A DNA stretch of 64,000 bases from a virus. A program made the translations under genes and the position numbers. The notes under the pieces were generated by a model, which saw only the letters and a list, made by a program, of their open reading frames with translations, was not told where the DNA came from and searched no databases. How positions within the stretch are numbered: the stretch's first letter is position 1; every line of letters begins with the position of its first letter. This document shows positions 10,303-19,272 of the stretch, piece after piece. The stretch spans positions 64,001 through 128,000 of IMG/VR virus record IMGVR_UViG_3300045253_000023; one strand, written 5' to 3'.

Positions 10303-10444
10303 CAGTTTCACACACTGAGACTTTCAGTTACTTGAATGGCTGGCGACCCACAAGTTGCCAGCCATTTGTTTTGCCTATCGATTTTGCGTTTTCCATTGAA
10401 AGAATTTACTTGACTCTCTCGTAAAAGGGAGTAGAATACCCTCA

Positions 10445-10627
10445 ATGTCAACAAACAACTACACCAAACTGTCGTCTGTGATTGTGAAGCCTCGCACTGA
10501 GCGCGGCCCAGCATCCATGTCACATCTGGGTTGGGAACTTTGGATTGATCATGAGTTCAATGGTTACTTTGCATCCCAAGATGAAGCCAACAACATGGGT
10601 ATGGCATTGACTGGTCTCTTCGGTTGA
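10445..10627 (+). CDS. Hypothetical protein (leaderless)
   Basis: ATG 7 nt after the TAGAAT of promoter 10410-10437. Confidence 0.5.
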   Translation: MSTNNYTKLSSVIVKPRTERGPASMSHLGWELWIDHEFNGYFASQDEANNMGMALTGLFG

Positions 10628-10799
10628 ATGTAAACGAATTGTAAACCATAGTTGAGCAACCACTTGACTTTTGGGTTTGAAAGGCGTAATATAGCTTCTC
10701 TGGTTCGGTAAACACTTGATCTGCACTAGCAGCCCAAAATTCACCAACAGGAGAGTGTCATGTAACTGCTGTTGCTTTGTCTCACAACATAGCTAAGTA

Positions 10800-11380
10800 T
10801 TGATACATGAGATCGCGGGCGCTCAAACCAGCCCGCACTGAATTCGCGTAAGTCTGACTGATCACATAGCGAGAATGCAACTCTAGTGTAGATCGTATCA
10901 GCGTAGTGGCGCCCACGACAATGGCGCCGCCAAACATGAAAGGTTTGGGTCTGGCTGCATTATGCGCTGACCCTTTTGTATAGCAAGCCAGCCGCATGAC
11001 CGTTCCGGCAGGTGAAACCCAAAGGTCACAAATCATGGGTGCTTGCGTTTGTTTTGGTAGTTCGATCATGCCACCATAAGTCTGAGATAAGACGCGGCCT
11101 GACGACTTGTACAAAGTCCTGTAAAGTCAGGAGATGTCTAGGGAAGTTGGCACTTCCTGGATCGGTCTACCAATCTTTTGTTATGTCAACAGCGCAGGGT
11201 TGATGAGGCCTGCGTGTCCTATCCCAAGGATATCTGTCAAGAATCAAGGCAGAACGTTAAGCGTGGTTGGCTGAGCACAGCGGCCCACGGACGAGAAATT
11301 GGGAAGCCATCGTGAGAGTGCAAGGTTCCATTGTGAGAGTGGAATCCCCGCATTGAAGTTGCGGGTTGTTTGTTTCTCAT
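10800..11380 (+). ncRNA. Candidate large structured ncRNA
   Basis: No credible ORF; dense hairpins; ends just before the first tRNA. Confidence 0.5.
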
Positions 11381-11391
11381 AAAGATTACAT

Positions 11392-11484
11392 GGTCTGTGT
11401 AACTAAGAGCTAACTGGTGTGGCTGCCTGGCTGTAAACCAGGTCCCTAATGGGCATGAGGTTCGATTCCATCCATAGACCACCA
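11392..11484 (+). tRNA. tRNA-Tyr(GUA), irregular
   Basis: cctgg-CTGTAAA-ccagg, long variable arm, ACCA end. Confidence 0.75.
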
Positions 11485-11561
11485 TATTCACAGCGTTGAG
11501 GCTTTGTACTCAGATAGCTGGAATGGTTTGACGGCTTTTCCTAAAACCGTCATGAATTATT

Positions 11562-11636
11562 GGGCTGCTAGTGATAATGGGAGCACATCTGCCTTGCACG
11601 CAGAAAGTAAGAGTTCGATTCTCTTGCGGTCCACCA
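11562..11636 (+). tRNA. tRNA-Ala(UGC)
   Basis: Cloverleaf, G3:U70, ACCA. Confidence 0.9.
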
Positions 11637-11655
11637 GGTTGTGACGCTTCAATTG

Positions 11656-11722
11656 CTGTTCTAGTGTAATGGAAGCACGCCCGAATGAAAGTCGGGAAGA
11701 TGGGTTCGAGTCCCAAATACAG
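11656..11722 (+). pseudogene. Degenerate tRNA-Phe(GAA)-like
   Basis: D, anticodon and T arms present; weak acceptor stem, no CCA. Confidence 0.55.
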
Positions 11723-11763
11723 ATCGGACAATTGATATAAGCTAGATCACTGTCAAGTACCCA

Positions 11764-11857
11764 TTATCCGAATGGCGAAAGCAAAATGCACAGCCGTCTT
11801 AGAAACGGCAGGATCACTTGATCGGTGAACCTGGTTCATAGCCAGGCTGGTGTATAA
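11764..11857 (+). pseudogene. Degenerate tRNA-Leu(UAG)-like
   Basis: gccgt-CTTAGAA-acggc and cctgg-TTCATAG-ccagg arms; no CCA. Confidence 0.45.
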
Positions 11858-12067
11858 GCTGAGTCACATTTATATTCGCTCCTGGCGCATTATGCGCTGA
11901 GCAACACGTGAATAGAGAGGCGCGGGTTCGAATCCCGCATTGAGTAAGGCGTCCACAACTAGCTTGTTTGTGCACAGACAAGCATATCTCGCCATGGGTG
12001 CACCTGGTGCTGGGACGTTTTGATTGGCGTAGTGGTAGCGCACTCTTGCTTATTTTGTTGTCCAAAT

Positions 12068-12143
12068 GGGTTGCAGGTGTTATTGGCTGCATGTCAGACT
12101 CTTAATCTGTTCGGTTCGAGTTCGAATCTCGAGCAACCCACCA
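12068..12143 (+). tRNA. tRNA-Lys(CUU)
   Basis: caga-CTCTTAA-tctg, ACCA. Confidence 0.85.
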
Positions 12144-12155
12144 ATTTCAATACAT

Positions 12156-12232
12156 CGGAGTGTAGCTCAGTTTGGTAGAGCGCTTGCTTTGGGAGCAAGA
12201 TGTCGCGAGTTCAAATCCCGCCCCTCCGACCA
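12156..12232 (+). tRNA. tRNA-Pro(UGG)
   Basis: Canonical cloverleaf. Confidence 0.9.
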
Positions 12233-12422
12233 ATTTTATGTAACACAATGGCCTTGCCTATTCATCGGCTCGTCGAGCGTAACGACAGAGGCACGCCAAA
12301 TAATGGGGCACTAGGTGTAGAGCGGGTTCGAATCCCGTATGGTCCAGAATATGGGCTTGCATGGCGCTAGGACGACGGTCCGCTATTGGGGTTCGATTCC
12401 CCTTTGCTCCACTCATAATAAC

Positions 12423-12668
12423 ATGAATTATATGATCACAAAATGCCCTCGCTGTAGAGTTGATCTTGTGCTGGGAAAGGCAATTGACACTGGTTCAAGT
12501 CTATATGATAGAGCAATTTGTGCATTCAAGCGTGTCTTGAAATGGAGTGAACTACGAATTATTGATTGTCTGAAGTGTCCGAAATGTGGATTTTCAGATG
12601 ATGGCGGGTTTTCAGTTTATGAAGAACAACCTGCTCTCTTGGTGGAATTGGCAGACACGCATCCTTGA
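12423..12668 (+). CDS. Small Zn-ribbon protein (3' end overlaps tRNA)
   Basis: CPRC...CPKCG. Confidence 0.5.
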   Translation: MNYMITKCPRCRVDLVLGKAIDTGSSLYDRAICAFKRVLKWSELRIIDCLKCPKCGFSDDGGFSVYEEQPALLVELADTHP

Positions 12669-12719
12669 GGTGGATGTGCCTTTACGGGCGTGAGGGTTCG
12701 AGTCCCTTGGAGAGCACCA
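12633..12719 (+). tRNA. tRNA-Leu(GAG)
   Basis: catcc-TTGAGGT-ggatg, long variable arm. Confidence 0.9.
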
Positions 12720-12849
12720 AGAAAACAGCATCACTCAGCGAGTAGCTTGTAAACAGAGTATCTGTATCAGAAGGATGCGCTTGAAAAGTGAAAGTGCTGC
12801 TCAGGCGGGACTGATACCCTAACCGAGTCAAGAGTGAATTATTTCAAAT

Positions 12850-12925
12850 GGTCCGGAAGCTATCCTGGGAAAGCGATAGGCTGTTAACCTATGAGAGACA
12901 GGTTCGATTCCTGTACGGATCGCCA
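12850..12925 (+). tRNA. tRNA-Asn(GUU)
   Basis: atagg-CTGTTAA-cctat, GCCA. Confidence 0.85.
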
Positions 12926-12985
12926 ACAACAGAACGAGGAGTACATGTATAATGACATATTAGGTTCCTACAATGGAGTTCTAAC

Positions 12986-13216
12986 ATGTCTCGTACTTTT
13001 CGAAAGACCAGACCACGTGTGTCCAGAATTGGACAGTGGTTGTCAGCAAAAGATTCAAAGGGCAACTCACTGCCGCTGAACAAGCGCAATGTTGCTCGTG
13101 ATGGCAAGAACAAAGTCGTTTGGGTGTGCAATTGCGACTATTGCCTTGACAACAAACTACACCATCTCAAACGTCATACGACAGTTGAATGGGAAATGAA
13201 GAACATGGGTTGCTAA
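12986..13216 (+). CDS. Hypothetical basic protein
   Basis: GGAG RBS; CNCDYC. Confidence 0.55.
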   Translation: MSRTFRKTRPRVSRIGQWLSAKDSKGNSLPLNKRNVARDGKNKVVWVCNCDYCLDNKLHHLKRHTTVEWEMKNMGC

Positions 13217-13282
13217 CTCAATTGCGCAGAGTCACGCCTTTTAAGCGGAAAGATGTGGGTTCGAGTCCCACGCAACCCACCA
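13207..13282 (+). tRNA. tRNA-Lys(UUU)
   Basis: CTTTTAA loop, ACCA. Confidence 0.85.
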
Positions 13283-13287
13283 AACAT

Positions 13288-13363
13288 GCGTCCTTAACAT
13301 TGAAGGTCAATGTGCCCTCCTGAAGAGTGGGATAACTCAGTTCGATCCTGAGAGGATGCACCA
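13288..13363 (+). tRNA. tRNA-Phe(GAA), variant
   Basis: CTGAAGA loop, ACCA. Confidence 0.8.
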
Positions 13364-13372
13364 AATACCAAT

Positions 13373-13448
13373 GCACTTGTAGCTCAGTTGGTAGAGCAAA
13401 GGACTGAAAATCCTTGTGTCAGCGGTTCGATTCCGTTCAAGTGCACCA
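13373..13448 (+). tRNA. tRNA-Phe(GAA)
   Basis: Canonical cloverleaf. Confidence 0.92.
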
Positions 13449-13456
13449 GAAACAAT

Positions 13457-13506
13457 GCCGTCGTGGCCAGACACTGTACAGGGTGTGTAATCCCTGGATG
13501 GCACCA
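13457..13506 (+). ncRNA. Minihelix-like tRNA mimic ending in ACCA
   Basis: gccgtc/gatggc stem + caggg/ccctg arm; no anticodon arm. Confidence 0.5.
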
Positions 13507-13590
13507 TTTTGAGGAAGAAGAGAGAACGCAACGTTCTCCATTTGTGATAAACAACTCAAAGAAACATGCCATCTATTAGGAGACTATCCA

Positions 13591-14610
13591 ATGAAAACCA
13601 GGCAGCCATCAACAGCACCAAAGACCAAGAAGTTGGTCAACAATGTGATCTTCGTCATTGATTCATCGTCCTCCATGGACCGTCACGCTCGTGCCGTCAA
13701 TCAAGTGATCAATGATCTCATCAAACCGCTTTCTGCAACAGGCTATGCCAATCAGCAGACGCGAGTATCCCTCTACACATTCAATGATCTGGTAACCAAG
13801 CACAAGTTCTTGGTTGATCCAGTCTATCTCCAGAATTTCTCCCTCATTCCTCAAGGTTACACTGCCTTGATCGATGCCACATACACTGCGATCGCAGAAC
13901 ACCAGATTCTGGAACGTTCTGACTATGAAGACAATACCTTCTTGCTCTATGTGATCACAGATGGTGAAGAGAATCGTTCGCGTCACAATGCTGCACAACT
14001 GCGCCAGTTGTTTGCTGGATTGAATGATTCATGGACACTGGCAACAATGGTTCCAAATCAGACTGCTGTGCATCACGCTAAGAACTTCGGTTTCCCTGCT
14101 GGCAACATTGAAGTTTGGGACATCTCTTCTGATCATGGTTTTGAGGAAGTCGGTCGCACTGTTTCGCGCTCGTATTCTGACTACACCAATCTGCGTTCAC
14201 AGGGAATTCGTTCCTCCTCCAATTTGTTTCATGTGAATGCCAACAACATTTCAACACAGGCTGCGAAAGCCAATCTGCAAGAAGACTACACAGCCAAGTT
14301 GTATCCTGTGAACTTCACAGGTCAGATTCGCGAAGTGGTTGAAAGTGTCACTGGACGCCCATACATCCTTGGCGATGCGTTCTATGAACTCATGAAAAAG
14401 GAAACAGTGCAGCCGCAGAAAGAGATTGCCATTGTTCACAAGCGCGATGGCAAGAAGTATTTCGGCCGCAATGCACGCATCATGCTGGGTCTCCCGCAGA
14501 CGCCTGTCAAGGTGATCCCTGGTGACTTCGGTGATTGGCGCCTGTTTGTTCAGTCAACATCTGTCAATCGCAAGGTCGTTCCTGGAACTGCGCTGCTGAT
14601 TCGATCATAA
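13591..14610 (+). CDS. vWA-domain protein
   Basis: MIDAS motif DSSSSM, TALIDA, ITDGEEN. Confidence 0.85.
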   Translation: MKTRQPSTAPKTKKLVNNVIFVIDSSSSMDRHARAVNQVINDLIKPLSATGYANQQTRVSLYTFNDLVTKHKFLVDPVYLQNFSLIPQGYTALIDATYTAIAEHQILERSDYEDNTFLLYVITDGEENRSRHNAAQLRQLFAGLNDSWTLATMVPNQTAVHHAKNFGFPAGNIEVWDISSDHGFEEVGRTVSRSYSDYTNLRSQGIRSSSNLFHVNANNISTQAAKANLQEDYTAKLYPVNFTGQIREVVESVTGRPYILGDAFYELMKKETVQPQKEIAIVHKRDGKKYFGRNARIMLGLPQTPVKVIPGDFGDWRLFVQSTSVNRKVVPGTALLIRS

Positions 14611-14690
14611 CGCAATTCATCGCTTTACTTTGAATCAAGGCTCAGGTAGAATAAGTCTCCTGAGCCTTTTTCGTCTATGAGGAGTTTGCT

Positions 14691-14966
14691 ATGTTCGGCT
14701 GGTTGTATCGAATCATTGATCGTTCCGACGCCAAAGAGATCGCTCGCATTGAAGCACTCAATGCGCGCCTTGTTGAGTCTGAGAAGGCTCGTGAGCTTAA
14801 CTTCAAAATCTCAGCATACGAGAAGCAGAAGTCCAGTGCTGAATTCCCGCCATTGGCTCTTTCCTATGCTGATGATGGTACTCCAAAGCTGAGAGAGGCT
14901 GTATGTGCAGGTGATTTTCGTGGTCTCTCGCCAACAGATACAGGCATTGAAGTAAGTATTTTGTAA
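14691..14966 (+). CDS. Hypothetical protein
   Basis: GAGGAG RBS, upstream promoter. Confidence 0.55.
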   Translation: MFGWLYRIIDRSDAKEIARIEALNARLVESEKARELNFKISAYEKQKSSAEFPPLALSYADDGTPKLREAVCAGDFRGLSPTDTGIEVSIL

Positions 14967-15033
14967 GTTCTTGAACTTTTGGAAAATTTAGTTTAAGAAA
15001 TCGCTTGACTTTTGTTTCCAATGAGAGTAGAAT
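14964..15033 (+). promoter_or_regulatory. Early promoter cassette
   Basis: GGAAAATTTAGT box + TTGACT-17-TAGAAT. Confidence 0.8.
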
Positions 15034-15096
15034 AGCTTCTGTCAGTCAAGGTGATTGACAGTTTTCAACCCTTCCATTGATTATGAGGTCTTCATC

Positions 15097-15552
15097 ATGT
15101 TTCGTTCGAATCGTTTGGCTGCTGTTGTTTTGGGTGTGTTGATGGTTTCTTCGACCGCGTTCGCTGACAACTCGTTCAGTCGTTCGCCTGGTGGTGTTGT
15201 CAATCACAACCCTACGCCCAGCCCATTCAATCGTGTAATTCCGCGCTGGAAAATCAATATTCTGTCTGCCCAGAATGAGCTCACGAATTTCAGCAACTGT
15301 GTCATCGACACCGAATATGCGGGCAGCAACAATGCTGATCCTTCCGAAGTGTTGGTGGTCAACTGTACTGATGTTCGCTTCTGGGGTCCAGTTGGTCCGC
15401 CAGTTGGTCCTGGTCCGTATGTTGCTCCTCCTGGTTTGACGATCGCGACCGTTGTGATGAACGGTGCGAACTTCTACAACTGCACCGTGACTGGCTTGTT
15501 TCTGAACAGCAATGGTGAAACGCAGACCCAGTCGTTGACTTGTGAGTTTTGA
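15097..15552 (+). CDS. Secreted protein
   Basis: Signal peptide ending AFA. Confidence 0.65.
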   Translation: MFRSNRLAAVVLGVLMVSSTAFADNSFSRSPGGVVNHNPTPSPFNRVIPRWKINILSAQNELTNFSNCVIDTEYAGSNNADPSEVLVVNCTDVRFWGPVGPPVGPGPYVAPPGLTIATVVMNGANFYNCTVTGLFLNSNGETQTQSLTCEF

Positions 15553-15562
15553 TTGATTCTTT

Positions 15563-16105
15563 GTGTCAAAACACAGTCTTCATAGCAAGGTCCTAACAGA
15601 CCATCTGGCATCACGTGGCTTGTATGTTGACAACTATAAGCACGTGTTCCTGGACGAGCAACAGCTAGTTGTTTCCTTCCCGCTGTACACTCTCACAGGA
15701 AAGCTGGTTGGCTTTCAATACTACAGACCATTTGCTGATCCAAAGCAAAACAAGGCGCATCCTGAGCTCGGGAAGTATTTCCCTGATGTCAATGAGTTCG
15801 ATGTGCCTTTGTGGGGCACAGAGAAGTACGATCCACATCAACAGACCTGTTACCTGGTGGAAGGCATCTTTGATGCAGTTCGCTTTCACAATCTTGGACT
15901 CAACTGCCTCGCAGTGCTGTGCAACAATCCTAAGCACGCGAGAGCCCAACTGAAGGCACTTGGGTGCCGTCTTGTGGCAGTGTGTGACAACGATGTTCCT
16001 GGACGCAAACTCGCAGGGTTCGCTGACAACTTCATCATTTGCGATGGAGCTAAAGACCCTGGAGACATGACAGAGCAGGAACTGACCAAATTCCTTCAAT
16101 TGTGA
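15563..16105 (+). CDS. TOPRIM-domain primase-like protein
   Basis: YLVEGIFDA, CDND, KDPGD. Confidence 0.8.
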   Translation: MSKHSLHSKVLTDHLASRGLYVDNYKHVFLDEQQLVVSFPLYTLTGKLVGFQYYRPFADPKQNKAHPELGKYFPDVNEFDVPLWGTEKYDPHQQTCYLVEGIFDAVRFHNLGLNCLAVLCNNPKHARAQLKALGCRLVAVCDNDVPGRKLAGFADNFIICDGAKDPGDMTEQELTKFLQL

Positions 16106-16335
16106 GATACAATGAAACTTTCGTCATTTGCTAATGCAAAATACACTGGACTTCGCGAGCAGGTGGTTAAAATGCGTGAAGACCTGGAACGTCTTGGCAG
16201 TCAAGGCAGCCATGATGACTTCTACAAGATGGGTCTTCGTCATGCAATTGAGCGCATTGACATGATCCTGAAGACCAATCCTGCCAGCCACTGAGCAGGC
16301 TAAGTAAGTCCTGTACATTCACATGGATTGACAAA

Positions 16336-16617
16336 ATGAGACTCAAGGAACATGTGCTGACTGAGGGCAAGAAGACGTTGATGGAATCATCTTCGCCATA
16401 TGGCTACAGCATCAAATCAAGCACTGTTTTGACAGACAAAGAAGGAAATGTCTTCAGCAACTTTGAAGTCACTTTGTTGGTTGGAGCAAATGGAACTGTC
16501 ACTCCGTGGCTCAACTATGTAATTCGCATGGCCAAGAAGCCAGGTGAAGCGGAACACAACAGAATCAATGAACAAAACAGCGTGAATGATTTCCTCAAAA
16601 ACTATTTCCCACGCTAA
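16336..16617 (+). CDS. Hypothetical protein, probably head-packaged
   Basis: MRLKEHVLTE; CTAAGTA at 16300. Confidence 0.55.
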   Translation: MRLKEHVLTEGKKTLMESSSPYGYSIKSSTVLTDKEGNVFSNFEVTLLVGANGTVTPWLNYVIRMAKKPGEAEHNRINEQNSVNDFLKNYFPR

Positions 16618-16625
16618 CTAACAAT

Positions 16626-16711
16626 CGCGAGTTCGATCTCCGGGAGATCACTGGGCTCATAACCCAGGAGCCATAGTGCTCAAGCCTGTTCGACTCAGAG
16701 ACTCGCTACCA
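16626..16711 (+). tRNA. tRNA(CAU), initiator-like, with long variable arm
   Basis: ctggg-CTCATAA-cccag, C1 mismatch, gagc/gctc variable arm, ACCA. Confidence 0.7.
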
Positions 16712-16724
16712 TTTAAGGAAGACC

Positions 16725-17156
16725 ATGGCTGTTGCAGGATATATCAAAAATTCAGACAATGCCAATACACCGATCAACCTGAATTTGGTTGTGTCATACG
16801 GCATCAGCACCAAAGATGGTGGTTTGAGTGTTTACTTCGAGACAGTCTACGGTCGCATTCTGTGGAAGTTCGCATCTGCACAAGCAGCAACGGATGCGAA
16901 GAACCTGGTTGACACATTCGTGGCTGCGACAGCACAGAACGTCACATACTTCACGTTGACGTATACCGCTGGCGCGAACGGAACTGTCACTGGTCCAAGT
17001 CCACAAACAGTTGCTTCTGGTGGTAGCGGTCAAGCTGTTACTGCTGTTCCAAACGCTGGAAAAGCATTCGTGAACTGGAGCGATGCTTCAGTACAAAACC
17101 CACGTACAGATACAAACGTCTCTGGCAACGTGACCGTCACAGCAAACTTTGCTTAA
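16725..17156 (+). CDS. Protein with C-terminal InlB B-repeat-like domain
   Basis: FTLTYTAGANGTV...AVPNAGKAFVNWSD...NPRT...VTANF. Confidence 0.7.
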   Translation: MAVAGYIKNSDNANTPINLNLVVSYGISTKDGGLSVYFETVYGRILWKFASAQAATDAKNLVDTFVAATAQNVTYFTLTYTAGANGTVTGPSPQTVASGGSGQAVTAVPNAGKAFVNWSDASVQNPRTDTNVSGNVTVTANFA

Positions 17157-17184
17157 TCTTTAACTCTAAGGAAGGAATACAACA

Positions 17185-17430
17185 ATGACAGCTACTGTCT
17201 CTCTGATTTCAAACACTGACGTCTCAGTCAGCCCAAACATCGTGAATCCAAACATTCCTCTGGCAGCTGTTGTTTCATACGCTGCTGCAGCTGATGGTGT
17301 TCATTTGGTGTTTGAATTCGCAGGCGGCAACAGCATTGCATGGCGTTTCGCAAACAACACCAAGTTGCTTGCTGCGAAGGGTCACATTGATGCTCTTGTG
17401 ACAGCTGCACAAGCAATCGCAAACACTTAA
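17185..17430 (+). CDS. Paralogue of the N-terminal domain of 16725-17156
   Basis: Shared VVSY...F...W(K/R)FA...AK..(V/I)D..V pattern. Confidence 0.6.
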   Translation: MTATVSLISNTDVSVSPNIVNPNIPLAAVVSYAAAADGVHLVFEFAGGNSIAWRFANNTKLLAAKGHIDALVTAAQAIANT

Positions 17431-17518
17431 CGGATTGTAAACGGCATTTCATCGCCCACTTGACTTTCCGGATTCATCAGGCTATACTATCTGTCTGTTG
17501 AATCAAACCAAGAACAAT

Positions 17519-17592
17519 TCTCGGGGAGCCTGTCGGATGGGCGGTCGGCTGATAACCGTTGAAACTGAGTTCGACTCTCAGCCCGAGAACCA
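17519..17592 (+). tRNA. tRNA-Ile(GAU)
   Basis: CTGATAA loop, ACCA. Confidence 0.8.
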
Positions 17593-17601
17593 ACAATCAA
17601 T

Positions 17602-17684
17602 GCGCCAATAGTCGAGGGTGCCTTCTAAGCATTCATCCGTAACTGGAACTGAAAATGCGGGTTCGAATCCTGCTTGGTGCTCCA
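17602..17684 (+). tRNA. tRNA-Arg(UCU)-like, rearranged arms
   Basis: Acceptor, anticodon and T arms intact; no D arm at the normal place. Confidence 0.65.
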
Positions 17685-17772
17685 AAAGATACAATGTGTC
17701 ATTGCCAATGAGCTCTCTTGTTGCTGGGACAAGGGATGACGACAATGCCACAAAGGCCCAGCAAGAATTTAT

Positions 17773-17847
17773 GGGTTAGTCGTCTAACGGCAAGATAGCA
17801 GCTTCCAACACTGCCTGATGAGGGTTCGAATCCTTCCTAGCCCGCCA
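17773..17847 (+). tRNA. tRNA-Trp(CCA)
   Basis: TTCCAAC loop, GCCA. Confidence 0.75.
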
Positions 17848-18080
17848 ATTTATGTCTCATTGCGAAAGCTGAATTCTGGTGAATCGATGCCAGGAGATTC
17901 CCTTCAATGGGGAGATGGGACACGCCTATATGACAAACGAAGAAGCAATCGCAGCCAAGAGCGCGGAAGTTGAACATTACATTGGTGTCCTCAGCCGATA
18001 TGGAAGAGGGAGATGGTATGACATGGGTTGTCGTCATCTTGCTGAACTCCGTGAAGAGTTGAAGGCGCTACAAGATCAAT

Positions 18081-18155
18081 GGCTAGGTGACAGAAAGGTT
18101 ATGTGACGGCCTGCAAAACCGATACATGCTGGTTCGAATCCAGTCCTAGCTTCCA
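18081..18155 (+). tRNA. tRNA-Cys(GCA)
   Basis: CTGCAAA loop, U73. Confidence 0.88.
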
Positions 18156-18179
18156 AATTCGACTATGTACCAACACAAT

Positions 18180-18257
18180 GCACCTATCTTCTAACTGGTC
18201 TAGGAACTCTGACTTTCAATCAGAACAATGTGGGTTCGAATCCCATTAGGTGTACCA
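18180..18257 (+). tRNA. tRNA-Glu(UUC)
   Basis: tctga-CTTTCAA-tcaga. Confidence 0.9.
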
Positions 18258-18266
18258 AATTCAAAT

Positions 18267-18340
18267 GCGTCCGTAACTTAATGTAGAGGATCACCCTGTC
18301 ACGGTGGAAGGTGCGAGTTCAAGTCTCGTCGGGCGCGCCA
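18267..18340 (+). tRNA. tRNA-Asp(GUC)
   Basis: CTGTCAC loop, GCCA. Confidence 0.85.
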
Positions 18341-18348
18341 AGTTTTAT

Positions 18349-18423
18349 GGAGCCGTAAGCATCTGGTGAGGCTGCCGAGCTGTCTACTCGGTGAGGTGGG
18401 TTCGACTCCCATCGGTTCCGCCA
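18349..18423 (+). tRNA. tRNA-Asp(GUC), U37 variant
   Basis: ccgag-CTGTCTA-ctcgg. Confidence 0.85.
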
Positions 18424-18624
18424 AATTGAAATTGGGTTACAATGGTGAGATAGGTCGCGCCTATTTCTGTTGTATCCTGTATTTCCGCGCAGTGCCCATC
18501 CTCGCGTTATAAGATCGACGGCACGAATATCGCTGGAGCGTAAATGTTGTCGTCGTTGGCAATCTACACTCAAGCAGGTTCCCGATTCAAAGGGATTAAA
18601 GCCAGGTTGGCGCCAATTTTACAT

Positions 18625-18696
18625 GGGGTGTCCGCAGGGGCGGAGACTGCACTTGCAATGCGATCGCGATGGGTTCGAGTCCCATACATTCCACCA
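18625..18696 (+). tRNA. tRNA-Ala(UGC), short D arm
   Basis: CTTGCAA loop, G3:U70. Confidence 0.8.
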
Positions 18697-18704
18697 ATTC
18701 AAAT

Positions 18705-18785
18705 GCCGTAGTAACCCGCGTGTCTACGAAACACGACTCAGGTAACTGGAGGAAGATGCAGGTTCGAATCCTGTCTGCGGCTCCA
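18705..18785 (+). tRNA. tRNA-Arg(ACG)-like, rearranged arms
   Basis: cgtgt-CTACGAA-acacg close after the acceptor stem; T arm; TCCA. Confidence 0.65.
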
Positions 18786-18794
18786 AAGTTTCAT

Positions 18795-18871
18795 CGGTGT
18801 GTAGGCTAGGTTGGAGAGTCACTCGGTTTGGGGTCGAGTCCACGCAGGTTCGAATCCTGTCACACCGACCA
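18795..18871 (+). tRNA. tRNA-Pro(UGG)
   Basis: ctcgg-TTTGGGG-tcgag. Confidence 0.85.
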
Positions 18872-18879
18872 ATTTCACA

Positions 18880-18995
18880 AGGGTAGTTTCTGCATCCATA
18901 AAATCTTGTTGGTTCGACTCCAACATCTCCCGCCACTATGGGAGATGCGCCGCTTGGGCGGCACATTTGAGGTGGTGACACCTCATACTATCCTG
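18880..18995 (+). ncRNA. CAGC-handle RNA 1 (Y-RNA-like, permuted tRNA module)
   Basis: agggtagt/actatcct stem, variant TTCTGC motif; T arm, closed acceptor stem, D-like arm. Confidence 0.7.
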
Positions 18996-19189
18996 TTTTA
19001 TTGTTCCACAAGGAGTACGATATGATCGCAGGTTCAGCAGCTGGTATTCTGATTCTCATCGCATTTGTCTTGACTATTGTTGACATTGTGCGCGGCGCTT
19101 TTTCTCTGCTTCATGCTTCTGTTCTTCTTGTTGAAATTGCATTGTTGATCGGTTTCTCTGGTCCAATCTTTTTCAAATAACACAACAAC

Positions 19190-19264
19190 GCGCGATTGGG
19201 TCATTGGTTGATCACCACCTTGCCAAGGTGGATTAAATGGGTTCGATTCCCATATCTCGCTCCA
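19190..19264 (+). tRNA. tRNA-Gly(GCC)
   Basis: ccacc-TTGCCAA-ggtgg, TCCA. Confidence 0.85.
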
Positions 19265-19272
19265 AATTATAT

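Noticed and set aside
10800-11380. Naming the region GOLLD, ROOL or a group I/II intron
   Set aside because: Diagnostic motifs could not be confirmed by eye, and no interrupted gene flanks it.
11960-12010. Two GTGCAC palindromes as kissing loops
   Set aside because: The first is mostly paired within its own hairpin; evidence is too weak.
18881-18934. Stand-alone mini-tRNA ending in GCCA
   Set aside because: Better explained as part of the permuted module of the 18880-18995 RNA.
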